A stretch of 48,364 bases of DNA, taken from Candidatus Methylomirabilia bacterium (lineage in GTDB: Bacteria > Methylomirabilota > Methylomirabilia > Rokubacteriales > CSP1-6). The notes under the pieces are model-generated. The model was not told the DNA's origin. It saw nothing but the letters and a program-made list of their open reading frames with translations, and did not search any database. The translations under genes were made by a program, and so were the position numbers. The stretch lies in the NCBI GenBank assembly GCA_041497895.1, contig JBGQHJ010000018.1, positions 1 to 48,364 on the forward strand, given 5' to 3'. Below, piece by piece: positions 1 to 9,226 of this stretch. How positions within the stretch are numbered: position 1 is the stretch's first letter; each line of letters begins with the position of its first letter.

Positions 1-129
1 ATGGCCCACTTCAAGTGCCCGACCGCGATCGAGTTCCGCGAGGCGCTCCTGCGCACCGCGACCGGCAAGCTGCAGAAGTACAAGCTGCGCGAGCCCTTCT
101 GGGCCGGGCGCGACCGCCGGGTGAGCTGA
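1..129 (+). CDS. Acyl-CoA synthetase/AMP-binding enzyme, C-terminal fragment (5' truncated by window)
   Basis: Frame 1 reads MAHFKCPTAIEFREALLRTATGKLQKYKLREPFWAGRDRRVS*, the typical ANL-family C-terminal (L)PRTxTGKxxK motif. Confidence 0.8.
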   Translation: MAHFKCPTAIEFREALLRTATGKLQKYKLREPFWAGRDRRVS

Positions 130-163
130 GGCGCGGGACTTCGATCGCGAGGCCTCGCCGGGC

Positions 164-496
164 TTATCTCCAGCCCCGGCGGCCGTTCTCCTGCCACGAC
201 TTGCTGCCGGTGGCGTGCACCGGGATGCTCTTGAGGAAGAGCAGCGCCATCGCGTCCGAGTCCACGCGCCAGACGACCGCGGAGACGTGGACCGGGTTGC
301 CCTCCGGGGGATGGAACTGCACCTCCACCGGCGTGCCGGGCTGCATCTCGCCGCGTGGCCTGAGCTTGGCCCCGTTGGCGCTCAGATCGATCGTGTGGCA
401 ACGGACTCGGCGGCTTCCCGACGTGACCCAGGCGGTCCACGACACGCCCGCCCGAGAGTGAACGCGACGGCTGCGCTGCTGCTGTTGGGTGTCCAT
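164..496 (-). CDS. PilZ domain protein (putative c-di-GMP receptor)
   Basis: RSRR..R N-terminal motif and DLSANG (DxSxxG), beta-rich 110 aa. Confidence 0.75.
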   Translation of the reverse strand: MDTQQQQRSRRVHSRAGVSWTAWVTSGSRRVRCHTIDLSANGAKLRPRGEMQPGTPVEVQFHPPEGNPVHVSAVVWRVDSDAMALLFLKSIPVHATGSKSWQENGRRGWR

Positions 497-510
497 GGCG
501 CTAGACGGAG

Positions 511-526
511 AGCAAGGGCCGCGCCA
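511..526 (-). promoter_or_regulatory. Sigma-54 (-24/-12) promoter for the PilZ gene
   Basis: Minus strand TGGCGCGGCCCTTGCT = GG-N10-GC, close to consensus TGGCACG-N4-TTGCW, 15 nt upstream of ATG. Confidence 0.6.
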
Positions 527-630
527 TTCGGAATTGTCCCAGGAAACAGCCAGTTACGATCGGGGACCCGCACCGGTCGGCTTCCCAGGATGGTAACGGC
601 GGGGCACATTGTGGGTAAGCAAAGGGACGA

Positions 631-659
631 TTGACAGCAGGCACGGCTCGGCGCAGCAT
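631..659 (+). promoter_or_regulatory. Putative sigma-70 promoter of the M20 amidohydrolase
   Basis: TTGACA-17 nt-CAGCAT. Confidence 0.45.
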
Positions 660-704
660 TCGGGGGCCGCGCAGAAATTTCCTCCGGGAACAGGAGACCG
701 CCCG

Positions 705-1892
705 ATGAGCAAGACTCGTTCCGAGTGGAGTGAAGAGGTAGCCCGCCACGCCGACGATCTGCTCGCGCTACGGCGTGACTTCCACCGGCACCCCGAGCTG
801 AGCCACCAGGAGCGGCGCACCGCGGAGATCATCGCGGAGCGCCTGCACGCGGCGAAGCTCGACGTGCGCACCGGGGTGGGTGGCACCGGGGTGGTGGGCG
901 TGCTGCACGGCGACCGGCCGGGCCGCACCGTCGCGTGGCGCGCGGACATCGACGCGCTCCCGCTCACCGAGCTGCTCGACGCGCCCTTCGCCTCGGGCAC
1001 GCCGGGCGTGATGCACGCCTGTGGGCACGACGGCCACACCGCGGTCGGCATCACGCTGGCCGAGATCCTGGCCGCGCGGCGCGCCGAGCTGCCCGGCACC
1101 GCGGTCTTCCTGTTCCAGCCCGCCGAGGAGGTGCTGGGCGGCGCGCGACCGATGATCGAGGCGGGCGCCCTCGAGAACCCGCACGTCGAGGAGATCTACG
1201 GGCTGCACTTCACGACCCAGCAGCGGGTCGGGCAGGTCCAGGTGCGACCCGGGCCGTCGATGGCCTCCGCCGACGCCTTCACCGTGGAGGTGCGCGGCAC
1301 CGGGGGGCACGGGGCGATGCCGCATCTCTCGATCGATCCCATCACCGCGGCGGCCAACATCCTGCTCGGCATGCAGAGCCTGGTGTCGCGCGAGATCCCG
1401 GCCCAGGAGACCGCGGTGCTGACGGTGGGGCAGATCGTCGCGGGCACCAAGGGCAACATCCTGCCGGATCGCGCGATCATGCGCGGGACCATCCGCGCCT
1501 TCGACGCGGGGGTGCGCGACCACCTGGTCAGGCGGCTCGGTGCCTTCGTCTCGCACGTCGCGCAGGCCTACCGGGCCGAGGCCGAGATGCGGCTCGACGG
1601 CGGCTCGTGCCCGGCGGTGGTCAACCCCGCGGCCGAGAGCGCGTTCGTGCGGGAGTGCGCGAGCCGCGAGCTGGGCGACGAGGCGGTGACCGACGGGCGC
1701 GTGGTCATGGCGAGCGACGACATGAGCCTCTTCCTGCGCGAGCGGCCGGGCTGCTACTTCCGGGTCGGCATCGGGCCGGACGCCGGCGCGGCCCGCCCGC
1801 ATCACGCGCCCGAGTTCGAGATGAACGAGGCGGGGCTGCCGGTGGGCTTGCGGGTGAGCCTGGCCGTGATGCGCTCCGCGCTCGGGCGCTGA
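705..1892 (+). CDS. M20D family amidohydrolase (hippurate hydrolase/ACY1-like)
   Basis: HRHPELS, RADIDALP, MHACGHDGH, FQPAEE, GGHGA, HHAPEF; start placed at ATG 705 after GGAGA RBS. Confidence 0.9.
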   Translation: MSKTRSEWSEEVARHADDLLALRRDFHRHPELSHQERRTAEIIAERLHAAKLDVRTGVGGTGVVGVLHGDRPGRTVAWRADIDALPLTELLDAPFASGTPGVMHACGHDGHTAVGITLAEILAARRAELPGTAVFLFQPAEEVLGGARPMIEAGALENPHVEEIYGLHFTTQQRVGQVQVRPGPSMASADAFTVEVRGTGGHGAMPHLSIDPITAAANILLGMQSLVSREIPAQETAVLTVGQIVAGTKGNILPDRAIMRGTIRAFDAGVRDHLVRRLGAFVSHVAQAYRAEAEMRLDGGSCPAVVNPAAESAFVRECASRELGDEAVTDGRVVMASDDMSLFLRERPGCYFRVGIGPDAGAARPHHAPEFEMNEAGLPVGLRVSLAVMRSALGR

Positions 1893-1906
1893 CAACCGCG
1901 TCCGCG

Positions 1907-2674
1907 ATGGGGCGGCTCGACGGCAGGGTGGCGGCGGTGACCGGCGCCGCGTCCGGGATCGGCGAGGCCACCGCGCGCCGCTTCGCGGCCGAGGGCGCGG
2001 CGGTTGCGCTCGGCGACATCGACGCGGAGCGGGGACGGCAGGTCGCGGAGGAGATCCAGGCCGCGGGCGGCCGCGCGCGGTTCGTCGAGATCCACGCCGG
2101 GCGCGAGGCCGACGCGGCGCGCTTCATCCGGACCGCGCGGGAGGAGCTCGGGCGGCTCGACGTGCTGGTGAACAACGCGGGCATGCGGCTCTACCAGACG
2201 GTGGTGGAGGCGAGCGAGGAGAGCTGGGACGCGATCCTCGCGGTCAACGTCAAGGGCTACGCGTTCTGCGCGAAGGCGGCCATCCCCCTGATGCGCCAGG
2301 TGGGTGGGGGCAGCATCGTGAACGTGGCGTCCATCCGCTCGATCGTGGCGGGCGGCAACATGGTGCAGTACGACACCACCAAGGCCGCGGTGGCCGGCCT
2401 CACCCGCGCGATGGCGCAGGACCACGCCGCGGACGGCATCCGGGTCAACGCGGTCTGTCCCGGCCCGATCTTCACCCGCTTCCACGAGCGCCGGGCCGCC
2501 GCCGCCGGCCGCACCGCGGAGGACTTCCGGGCCGAGTTCGGCCGCGGCACCATGCTGGGGCGGGCGGGCACGCCCGGCGAGGTCGCGGCCTGCATCCTGT
2601 TCCTCGCCTCCGACGACGCCTCCTACGTCACCGGCGCCTCGCTCTACGTCGACGGCGGGCACACCGCGCGCTGA
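1907..2674 (+). CDS. SDR family oxidoreductase
   Basis: TGAASGIG, VNNAG, YDTTK (YxxxK), RVNAVCPG, VDGG; C-terminal part of ORF 935..2674. Confidence 0.9.
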   Translation: MGRLDGRVAAVTGAASGIGEATARRFAAEGAAVALGDIDAERGRQVAEEIQAAGGRARFVEIHAGREADAARFIRTAREELGRLDVLVNNAGMRLYQTVVEASEESWDAILAVNVKGYAFCAKAAIPLMRQVGGGSIVNVASIRSIVAGGNMVQYDTTKAAVAGLTRAMAQDHAADGIRVNAVCPGPIFTRFHERRAAAAGRTAEDFRAEFGRGTMLGRAGTPGEVAACILFLASDDASYVTGASLYVDGGHTAR

Positions 2675-2705
2675 CGGAAACGGCGGCCGGGGCCGTCCGG
2701 GCCGT

Positions 2706-5201
2706 TCACTCGTCGAAGCCGCCCGGATGGGGCCGCGCGACGAATCGGGTGAACCGATCCGGTAGCTCCAGCTCGAAGCCATCATCCTTGCGATACACGA
2801 CGTAGCAGCGCGCGCGGCCGTGGTCCCAAACGTGCCAGCGGCGGCAGAGCCGGCCCTCCGACGAGATCTCCCAGGTCCCCACGTCCACCTCCTTCCCCGA
2901 CGCCCCGTAGAGCCGACCACCCGCGGCGAAGAAGAGGCGCTGGGGCCCGACCGCGAGGACGTGCCCGCCGATCTCGGTGGCGAGCTCGCTCTCCGTCAAG
3001 ACCACGCGGGGGGGCGTCGGCTCCGGCGCCGCCACCGGGGCGCAGAAGGGCCGGAGGGACTCGCCGGCCTGGATCATGGCATCGACGTCGAAATCGAAGC
3101 CGTCGGCGAACCGGAAGACGGAGACGCCGTTCGGCAGCAGGGCGACGAGGTTGCCGCCGTATCCGATCATCTCGGGGATCTGGAAGAAGCACCCGGTGCT
3201 GGTTCGATAGGGGACGGACCAGAACGACAGGTGATAGCGCCCGGCGCCGAAGCGGTTCCGCAGGCCCGACGGGAGTCCGCTCACCGGGTCGGTCCGGTAC
3301 AGCGCCTCGGCCAGCTTCGTCGCGCTCAGGAGCTGGACGCCCTCGTGACGGCCCCCGTTCTGCAGCAGCGTGGTCAGCTTCGCGACGTCGTCCACGGTCG
3401 GGTAGAGGCCGTAGCCGAGCAGGGGCACGCCGCGGCGCCCATCGCTCTCGATCGTGTGCATCGCCGGCGCGTGAAGGATCCCGATGGGACGGAACACCTC
3501 GGTCCGCACCATGTCCCAGAGATGCGCGTCGGGGCCCTCGCGGCGCTTGAGATAGGTGTCCAGCGCGACCGCCAGCACGAGCGTCTGGGTGGTGTTGTAG
3601 CGGAAGATCTCGCCACGGTTCCATGGGTACTTGCCGTAGGAGAGCGCGATCTCGAGCTTCTCGCGGAGGGGACGCTTCACGATCCAGCGGAGCATCTTCG
3701 GCCCGTTCTCGTCGGCGGACGTGCTCCCGTCGCGCTCCCGACCCTCGTCCCCGATGCCGGTGGCCATGTCGAGCGCATCCGCGAAGGTGACGCCGTCCCA
3801 GCCCGGGTGCGGCTGGCTGCCCGGGGGCAGGTAGTCGACCAGCTTCTCGTCGAGCACCGCGTCGCCGTACTTCTGGGCCAGCCGCAGCAGCGCGACGGCG
3901 GCGCCCAGTGATTTCGTCACCGAGAACACGCCGTGCCGCATCTCGCGGCAGTACGGGAACGGGCCATAGCGGGTGTTGCAGCCGCGCACGTAGAGCACGC
4001 CGTCGACCACGAGGCCGTTGGCGCTGATGTCGGCCGGGGCGGGGTCGCCGTCGAAGGCCGCGAGCGCGGGAGTGGCCGGCAGGGCGGCCCAGGGTTGCAT
4101 CGGCGTCTGGCGACGAAGCTCTTCCGCGAAGTCGGCGCGCAGCGCGGCCTCGTTCGCGATCGGCCCCGGGACGTAGGTCAGCGGCAGGTAGCCCCAGAAA
4201 TCGAGCCGCTCCCACGCCGACGTCTCCTGCACGACCTGGACGCGGAGCGCGGACACGTGCGTGTCGTCGAAGAGGAACGTGGCCACGCCGTTGTGCGCCC
4301 CGTTGTGCACCGGGTTCACCAGGATGAACGGGAACGAGGCGCGGGACATGCCGGCGTCGCCGGGCTCGGACCACACCCGTCCCGGCGAGACGATCAGCCT
4401 CCCGGCCGGCGGCACGAAGTCGCGGATGACCGGGACGAGATGCTCGCCGGCGGTGAAGAACTCGAGTGTCACGGCCTGGGATGGCGCCGGCAGGCTGGGG
4501 CAGCCCTGGCTCGAGGCGGAGATCGGCGCGGGCCCGATCGAGAGCGTGCCCGCGAGCGTGTGTTTCGGGGCGCCCCACGCCCCGATCGGCCGGAAGTAGT
4601 CGTTGTGGACCGGGCCCGGACCCGGGAGCGGGGGCGCGAGCAGCTCGGCGGCGGTCAATCGGTCGCGCGTGGCGGCGGGAGGCGTCACCGGGGCCATGCG
4701 CTCCGCCCGCCCACACTCGACCTGGGACGTCTCGGCGAGGCGGGTCAGCGTGCCGTGGCTGCCGCGGCGGTCACTGACGGCGGAGGCGAGCGTGTCGGCG
4801 TCGAAGCGGTACGTCAGCTCCACCCGGTCCGGCGTCGGCAGCGTGAACCGGAGGACGCCGTCGACCACGCGGCCGGTCGCCCGCCAGGAGGTCGGGTGGT
4901 GCAGGTCCCAACCGAGATACGAGCCGCGGCTGTGGACGACCCGGGCGTAGCCGTTCGGGAGCACGTCCTCGACGATGAGCGTCTGGCAGAGGATCTCGTC
5001 ACCGGTCGGGTCCAGCCACACTCCGCTCCAGGCGCCCGCGAATCGGGCCGCGCTGGCCGGTACATCGGGCCCCGGCGCGGTCAGGTGCACGGCGTCGGGG
5101 AGCGGGGTCGAATTCCGGCAGTCCTTCGTCGCGGCGGCGGCCGGCGGGGCGAGCGCCAGCACGAGCATCAGCAGGGGGCCGAGTCGTCGCAGCACGGGCA
5201 T
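2706..5201 (-). CDS. Secreted multidomain serine hydrolase (beta-lactamase/PBP-like fold)
   Basis: Signal peptide; FSVTKS (SxxK) and FRYNT motifs; extra N- and C-terminal domains. Confidence 0.7.
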   Translation of the reverse strand: MPVLRRLGPLLMLVLALAPPAAAATKDCRNSTPLPDAVHLTAPGPDVPASAARFAGAWSGVWLDPTGDEILCQTLIVEDVLPNGYARVVHSRGSYLGWDLHHPTSWRATGRVVDGVLRFTLPTPDRVELTYRFDADTLASAVSDRRGSHGTLTRLAETSQVECGRAERMAPVTPPAATRDRLTAAELLAPPLPGPGPVHNDYFRPIGAWGAPKHTLAGTLSIGPAPISASSQGCPSLPAPSQAVTLEFFTAGEHLVPVIRDFVPPAGRLIVSPGRVWSEPGDAGMSRASFPFILVNPVHNGAHNGVATFLFDDTHVSALRVQVVQETSAWERLDFWGYLPLTYVPGPIANEAALRADFAEELRRQTPMQPWAALPATPALAAFDGDPAPADISANGLVVDGVLYVRGCNTRYGPFPYCREMRHGVFSVTKSLGAAVALLRLAQKYGDAVLDEKLVDYLPPGSQPHPGWDGVTFADALDMATGIGDEGRERDGSTSADENGPKMLRWIVKRPLREKLEIALSYGKYPWNRGEIFRYNTTQTLVLAVALDTYLKRREGPDAHLWDMVRTEVFRPIGILHAPAMHTIESDGRRGVPLLGYGLYPTVDDVAKLTTLLQNGGRHEGVQLLSATKLAEALYRTDPVSGLPSGLRNRFGAGRYHLSFWSVPYRTSTGCFFQIPEMIGYGGNLVALLPNGVSVFRFADGFDFDVDAMIQAGESLRPFCAPVAAPEPTPPRVVLTESELATEIGGHVLAVGPQRLFFAAGGRLYGASGKEVDVGTWEISSEGRLCRRWHVWDHGRARCYVVYRKDDGFELELPDRFTRFVARPHPGGFDE

Positions 5202-5297
5202 CCGCGTCCTCCCGTGGATGAGGGTCGGTCGGCCTCGAAGATAGCGCGACCGCGGGGGATTGGCGAGGAGCCCGCCGGGCGGAGCCGTTCTCGCTTC

Positions 5298-5774
5298 CTA
5301 CCGCCCGCGGCCGAGGAGGTCTCGCAGGCCCCGCACGACGACGAAGGCGAGGAACAGGTCGATCAGCACGGCGCCGATGCCGAAGGCGACACGCCCGGAC
5401 CATTCGTTCTGGCGCGACGAGATCGCCACGAACGGGATCGAGATGCCCCCGCCGAAGTGGCGCGGGCCAGGGCCGAACGCGACCCAGTTGAAGATGGCCG
5501 CCATCGCGCCCACCACGCCCGTGCCCAGCAGGAAGGTCCGCCAGGTGGTGCGCGTGGCCGCCTCCGGCGCCTGGTCCGGCGGCGTGGTGAGCAGCAGGAT
5601 CCCGACCAGGAAGAACGCGAGGCCGGCCGCTCCCACCACCCAGTGCGGTGCCTCGAACTTCGACTCGTCGGTGGGGATGATCCCGAGGGCCACGAACAGG
5701 ATCACCAGGCCCACGACGCCGAAGAGCGCGCCGACCCACGCGGTCGCCCGGGCCGAGAGCATCTGGGGCGGCAT
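5298..5774 (-). CDS. Hypothetical 4-TM membrane protein
   Basis: Four hydrophobic segments, host-like codon usage, co-oriented with neighbours. Confidence 0.65.
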   Translation of the reverse strand: MPPQMLSARATAWVGALFGVVGLVILFVALGIIPTDESKFEAPHWVVGAAGLAFFLVGILLLTTPPDQAPEAATRTTWRTFLLGTGVVGAMAAIFNWVAFGPGPRHFGGGISIPFVAISSRQNEWSGRVAFGIGAVLIDLFLAFVVVRGLRDLLGRGR

Positions 5775-5784
5775 CGACCCGGGC

Positions 5785-6657
5785 CTAGGGGCTCTGGACC
5801 TCGCGCACCGCGCCGGGCAGCCCGGTCGAGCCGGTGTTGAGCCCGGCCTTCCTGAGCATGCGGCTGCCCGCGTCGTGGCCGAAGAGATCCGGGCCGAGCG
5901 CGGTGAGGCCGCCGTCCACCACGATGACCTGGCCGGTGATGAAGCGCGAGTCGTCGCTGGCCAGGAAGAGCGCGGTGTCGGCGATGTGCTCGGGCAGGCC
6001 CAGGTCCGGCCACGGCTGCTTCTCCCGCGCGAGGCGCTCCCACGCCTCCTCGCGGCGCCCCATGGCGAGCGGGGTCTTGATCATGCCGGGCGCGATCGCG
6101 TTCACCCGGATGCGGTGCGCGGCGAGCTCGGCCGAGACCGAGCGGCTCAGGTTGGCCACCGCCGCCTTCGCCGCCGAGTAGGCGTGGGGGCCGGCGCCGC
6201 CGCCGATGCCGGCGATCGACGCGGTGTTGATGATGCTGCCGCCGCGGCCCTGGGCCTTCAGCCGGGCCGCACCGTGCTTGATGCCGAGGAAGACGCCCCG
6301 CACCAGCACCGCGAAGGTGAAGTCCCACTCCTCGACGGTGGTCTCGCCGATCGGCCCGAACGCGCCGCCGAGCCCGGCGTTGTTGAAGAGGCAGTCGAGC
6401 CCGCCGAACCGCTCCACCGAGAGCGCCACCAGGCCCGCCACGTCCCGCTCCGCCGAGACATCGACGCGGAGCGCGGCGAGGCGGTCCGTGCCGCCCTGGG
6501 CCTTCGCGAGCGCGACGGTCTCGGCGAGACTCGCGTCGTTCAGGTCGCCGATGACCACCCGGGCGCCCTCGCGCAGGAAGGTGAGCGCGCTGGCGCGGCC
6601 GATGCCGCTCCCACCTCCGGTGACGATGGCGACCTTGCCGTCGAGCCGTCCGCTCAC
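5785..6657 (-). CDS. SDR family oxidoreductase
   Basis: GTG start VSGRLDGKVAIVTGGGSGIG, FNNAG, YSAAK, RVNAIAPG. Confidence 0.9.
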   Translation of the reverse strand: MSGRLDGKVAIVTGGGSGIGRASALTFLREGARVVIGDLNDASLAETVALAKAQGGTDRLAALRVDVSAERDVAGLVALSVERFGGLDCLFNNAGLGGAFGPIGETTVEEWDFTFAVLVRGVFLGIKHGAARLKAQGRGGSIINTASIAGIGGGAGPHAYSAAKAAVANLSRSVSAELAAHRIRVNAIAPGMIKTPLAMGRREEAWERLAREKQPWPDLGLPEHIADTALFLASDDSRFITGQVIVVDGGLTALGPDLFGHDAGSRMLRKAGLNTGSTGLPGAVREVQSP

Positions 6658-6668
6658 GAGGCCCTCCG

Positions 6669-7247
6669 CTATCCGCGCGGCTTCACCCAGGTCTCGGACC
6701 ACGCGAGCGTGGCGCTGCTGCCCTGGCGGTCGCCCCGCATCTCGGCCCACACCTGGCCGGTCGCCACCTTGCCGTTGACCTCGAGCTGGGCCGCGCGGGC
6801 CGGGAAGAAGGTGCTGAACACGCCGATCGGCCGGTCGTTGAAGCCGGGAGGGGCGTTGAGCACGAAGGGCTCGATGCAGTCGTACCACGACATCGTGACG
6901 CGGGCGTCGGTGGCGGTGACGGTCTCGGTGGCGGTGGACCAGGGGCCGCCGTGCCGGTCGAAGCGCGCCGCGATCACCGGCAGCGACGTGTCGGCGAAGG
7001 CGGGGAAGAGCAGCTTCTCGATGGTCGTCTGCAGCCACCGCGCCACCGCGATGTTGTCGCTGTAGATCCGCACCCGTCCGTCCGTCAGCGTGGACTGGAG
7101 AAAGAGCGCGTGGCCTCCGCCGGACGGGCACCAGAGCACCCGCCAGTGGCTCGCGCGGTCGGAGAGCGTCTTGCCGCCGTCCGGGCTCAGGCGGATGAAG
7201 GAGTTCTCGCCGGTCATCAGGACTTGGTTCGGATCCACTGGCGGCAT
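6669..7247 (-). CDS. Conserved-looking hypothetical protein
   Basis: MPPVDPNQVLMTGENSFIRL... after GGAGA RBS; protein-like composition; 11 nt from the SDR start. Confidence 0.65.
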   Translation of the reverse strand: MPPVDPNQVLMTGENSFIRLSPDGGKTLSDRASHWRVLWCPSGGGHALFLQSTLTDGRVRIYSDNIAVARWLQTTIEKLLFPAFADTSLPVIAARFDRHGGPWSTATETVTATDARVTMSWYDCIEPFVLNAPPGFNDRPIGVFSTFFPARAAQLEVNGKVATGQVWAEMRGDRQGSSATLAWSETWVKPRG

Positions 7248-7303
7248 CGGGGTCGTCTCCCTTGAGAGGTTTGTGTGCGTGGCCGCTCCCGGCGCGGTAC
7301 ATT

Positions 7304-7336
7304 CAGCCGGCAGCGGCAGCCGGCAGCGGCAGCCGG
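7304..7336. repeat. 13-bp tandem repeat (CAGCCGGCAGCGG x2.5)
   Basis: Read directly in the divergent intergenic region. Confidence 0.7.
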
Positions 7337-7393
7337 TCCCGACGAAGATACGAGGGAAGCCCGCTCGGAGCAAGCGGGGAGAGGAGAGCGACG

Positions 7394-8017
7394 ATGGCCC
7401 CACGCGGCCTGTTCCTGGTCCGGATGGACGTGGCCCACGACCACGAGGCCCGGTTCAACGAGGTCTACGACAAGGAGCACGTGCCCCTGCTCCGGGCGGT
7501 GCCCGGGGTGATCCGGGCCAGCCGCTACCGGCAGCCGTCGCCGACCGAGCCGCGCTACCTGGCCGCCTACGAGCTCGAGAGCCTCGCGGTGCTCCAGAGC
7601 GCCGAGTGGAAAGCGGCCGGGGAGGCGGGCCGCTGGCCCAAGGACATCCGGCCTCATACCATGAACCGGCATCTCACCGCCTACGAGTGGGTGGGGAGCA
7701 GCCCGGGGCTCGGCTACCGGACGCCGTACGTCTTCTGGGTCATGATGGACATCGAGCCGCATCGCGAGGCGCTCTTCAACGAGCTCTACGACATCGAGCA
7801 CGTCCCGCTCCTGCTGAAGCTGCCCGGCTGCGTGAACGTGGCCCGCTACCGGACCGAGACCCCGGGCGAGCCGCGCTACCTCGCGGCCTACGAGGTCGAG
7901 CGGACCGACCTGCCCATGTCCACGCTCTGGAACGACACCTCGGACATCGGCCGCTGGAAGCCCGAGGTGCGACCCTACACCTACAACAAGAAGTACATCG
8001 TGGGCGAGCGCCTCTGA
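7394..8017 (+). CDS. Tandem EthD/DUF4286-like dimeric alpha-beta barrel protein
   Basis: Two internal repeats FNExYDxEHVP...PGxxxxxRY...PRYLAAYE; GAGGAG RBS. Confidence 0.75.
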   Translation: MAPRGLFLVRMDVAHDHEARFNEVYDKEHVPLLRAVPGVIRASRYRQPSPTEPRYLAAYELESLAVLQSAEWKAAGEAGRWPKDIRPHTMNRHLTAYEWVGSSPGLGYRTPYVFWVMMDIEPHREALFNELYDIEHVPLLLKLPGCVNVARYRTETPGEPRYLAAYEVERTDLPMSTLWNDTSDIGRWKPEVRPYTYNKKYIVGERL

Positions 8018-9003
8018 TGCCGACCGACATCGCGCTGACCGGGCTGGCCGTGCCCCTCGCCGAGTTCCCCGCGATCGCGCGCGAGGCGGAGAGCCGCGGC
8101 TATCGCACCGCCTGGGTCGGCGAGGCCTCCGGGGCCGAGGCCATCGTGCTCTCGACCCTCATCGCCACCCACACCACGAGGATCGGGATCGCCAACGGCG
8201 TGATCCCGGTGCAGACCCGCACTCCCATCGTCTACGGGCAGGCCGCGGCCACGCTGGCGCACCTGGCGCCCGGGCGCTTCGGGCTTGGCCTCGGGCTGTC
8301 GAGCGAGATCATCGTGGGCCAGTGGCACGGGCTGCCCTTCACGCCCTCGATCCAGCAGATGCGCGAGGCGGTGCAGATCATCCGGACCGCGGCCGCGGGC
8401 GAGCGGGTCAACTTCGAGGGCAAGTTCTACCGCCTGAAGAACTTCCGCCTCGCGATCCCGGCGCCGTCGCCGCCGCCCCGCATCTACCTGGCCGCGCTCG
8501 GGCCGCGCATGTGCGAGCTCGCCGGCGAGGTGGCGGACGGCGTCCTACTCAACTGGATCCCGCCCTCGGCGGTGGCGACGTCGCTCGCTCACGTCGAGGC
8601 CGGCGCCAAGCGCGCCGGCCGCCGCCTGGCCGACCTCGACGTCGCGGTGTACGTGCGAACCTGCGTCACCGACGAGCGTGGGCCGGTGCGGGAGTCGCTC
8701 GCCCGGGACATCACCGGCTACGCGATCGTGAACGCCTACGCCCGGTTCTTCGAGGAGTGCGGCTACGCCCCGGAGGTAGCCGCGGTGAACGCGGCGTGGA
8801 AGGCGGGCGATCGCGCCGCCGCGGTGAAGGGGATCTCGGCGCGCGTGCTCGACGGCCTGGGCGCGGTGGGTCCGGCCGACCACTGCCGCGAGCAGCTCGC
8901 GGCGTTCGCCCGCACCGGGGCGACGCCGGTGGTGCTGCCCTTCGCGCCGCCGGGCCCGACCGCGCGCGCCTCCCTGCTGCAGACGTTCCGCACCTTCCCC
9001 TGA
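8017..9003 (+). CDS. LLM-class (luciferase-like, possibly F420-dependent) oxidoreductase
   Basis: AWVGE, GRFGLGLG, IYLAALGPRMCELAGEVADG; TGATG coupling with upstream gene. Confidence 0.85.
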   Translation: MPTDIALTGLAVPLAEFPAIAREAESRGYRTAWVGEASGAEAIVLSTLIATHTTRIGIANGVIPVQTRTPIVYGQAAATLAHLAPGRFGLGLGLSSEIIVGQWHGLPFTPSIQQMREAVQIIRTAAAGERVNFEGKFYRLKNFRLAIPAPSPPPRIYLAALGPRMCELAGEVADGVLLNWIPPSAVATSLAHVEAGAKRAGRRLADLDVAVYVRTCVTDERGPVRESLARDITGYAIVNAYARFFEECGYAPEVAAVNAAWKAGDRAAAVKGISARVLDGLGAVGPADHCREQLAAFARTGATPVVLPFAPPGPTARASLLQTFRTFP

Positions 9004-9080
9004 GCCGCTGCCGCTGAAGCCTCGGGAGGTCCGTCTCCGGGACCGGGGCTCGTGCCAGCCGAATCGGGCGCTCCGCCCCG

Positions 9081-9096
9081 TATGACGCCGATCATA
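9081..9096. promoter_or_regulatory. CRP/FNR-like palindrome TATGA-N6-TCATA upstream of nirK
   Basis: TATGACGCCGATCATA; -10-like TACTAA(T) begins 21 nt downstream (class II geometry). Confidence 0.75.
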
Positions 9097-9226
9097 GTGA
9101 CTCTCCTGGAGTGCTTGTACTAATAGGTGCACGGTGCTTCCGGCGCGGTTTCGCGCCGGCACGAGCCTTCCGAGTCTGGCGTGTGGCGTTCGGCTGTTAT
9201 TTCGAGGAACGAGAGAGGGGGAGAAC

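Noticed and set aside
2706..5201. Antibiotic-resistance beta-lactamase
   Set aside because: SxxK fold alone is not diagnostic; size and architecture differ from class A/C enzymes
9157..9172. Sigma-54 promoter for nirK (GGCACGAGCCTTCC)
   Set aside because: The -12 GC is CC; a sigma-70 class-II arrangement fits better
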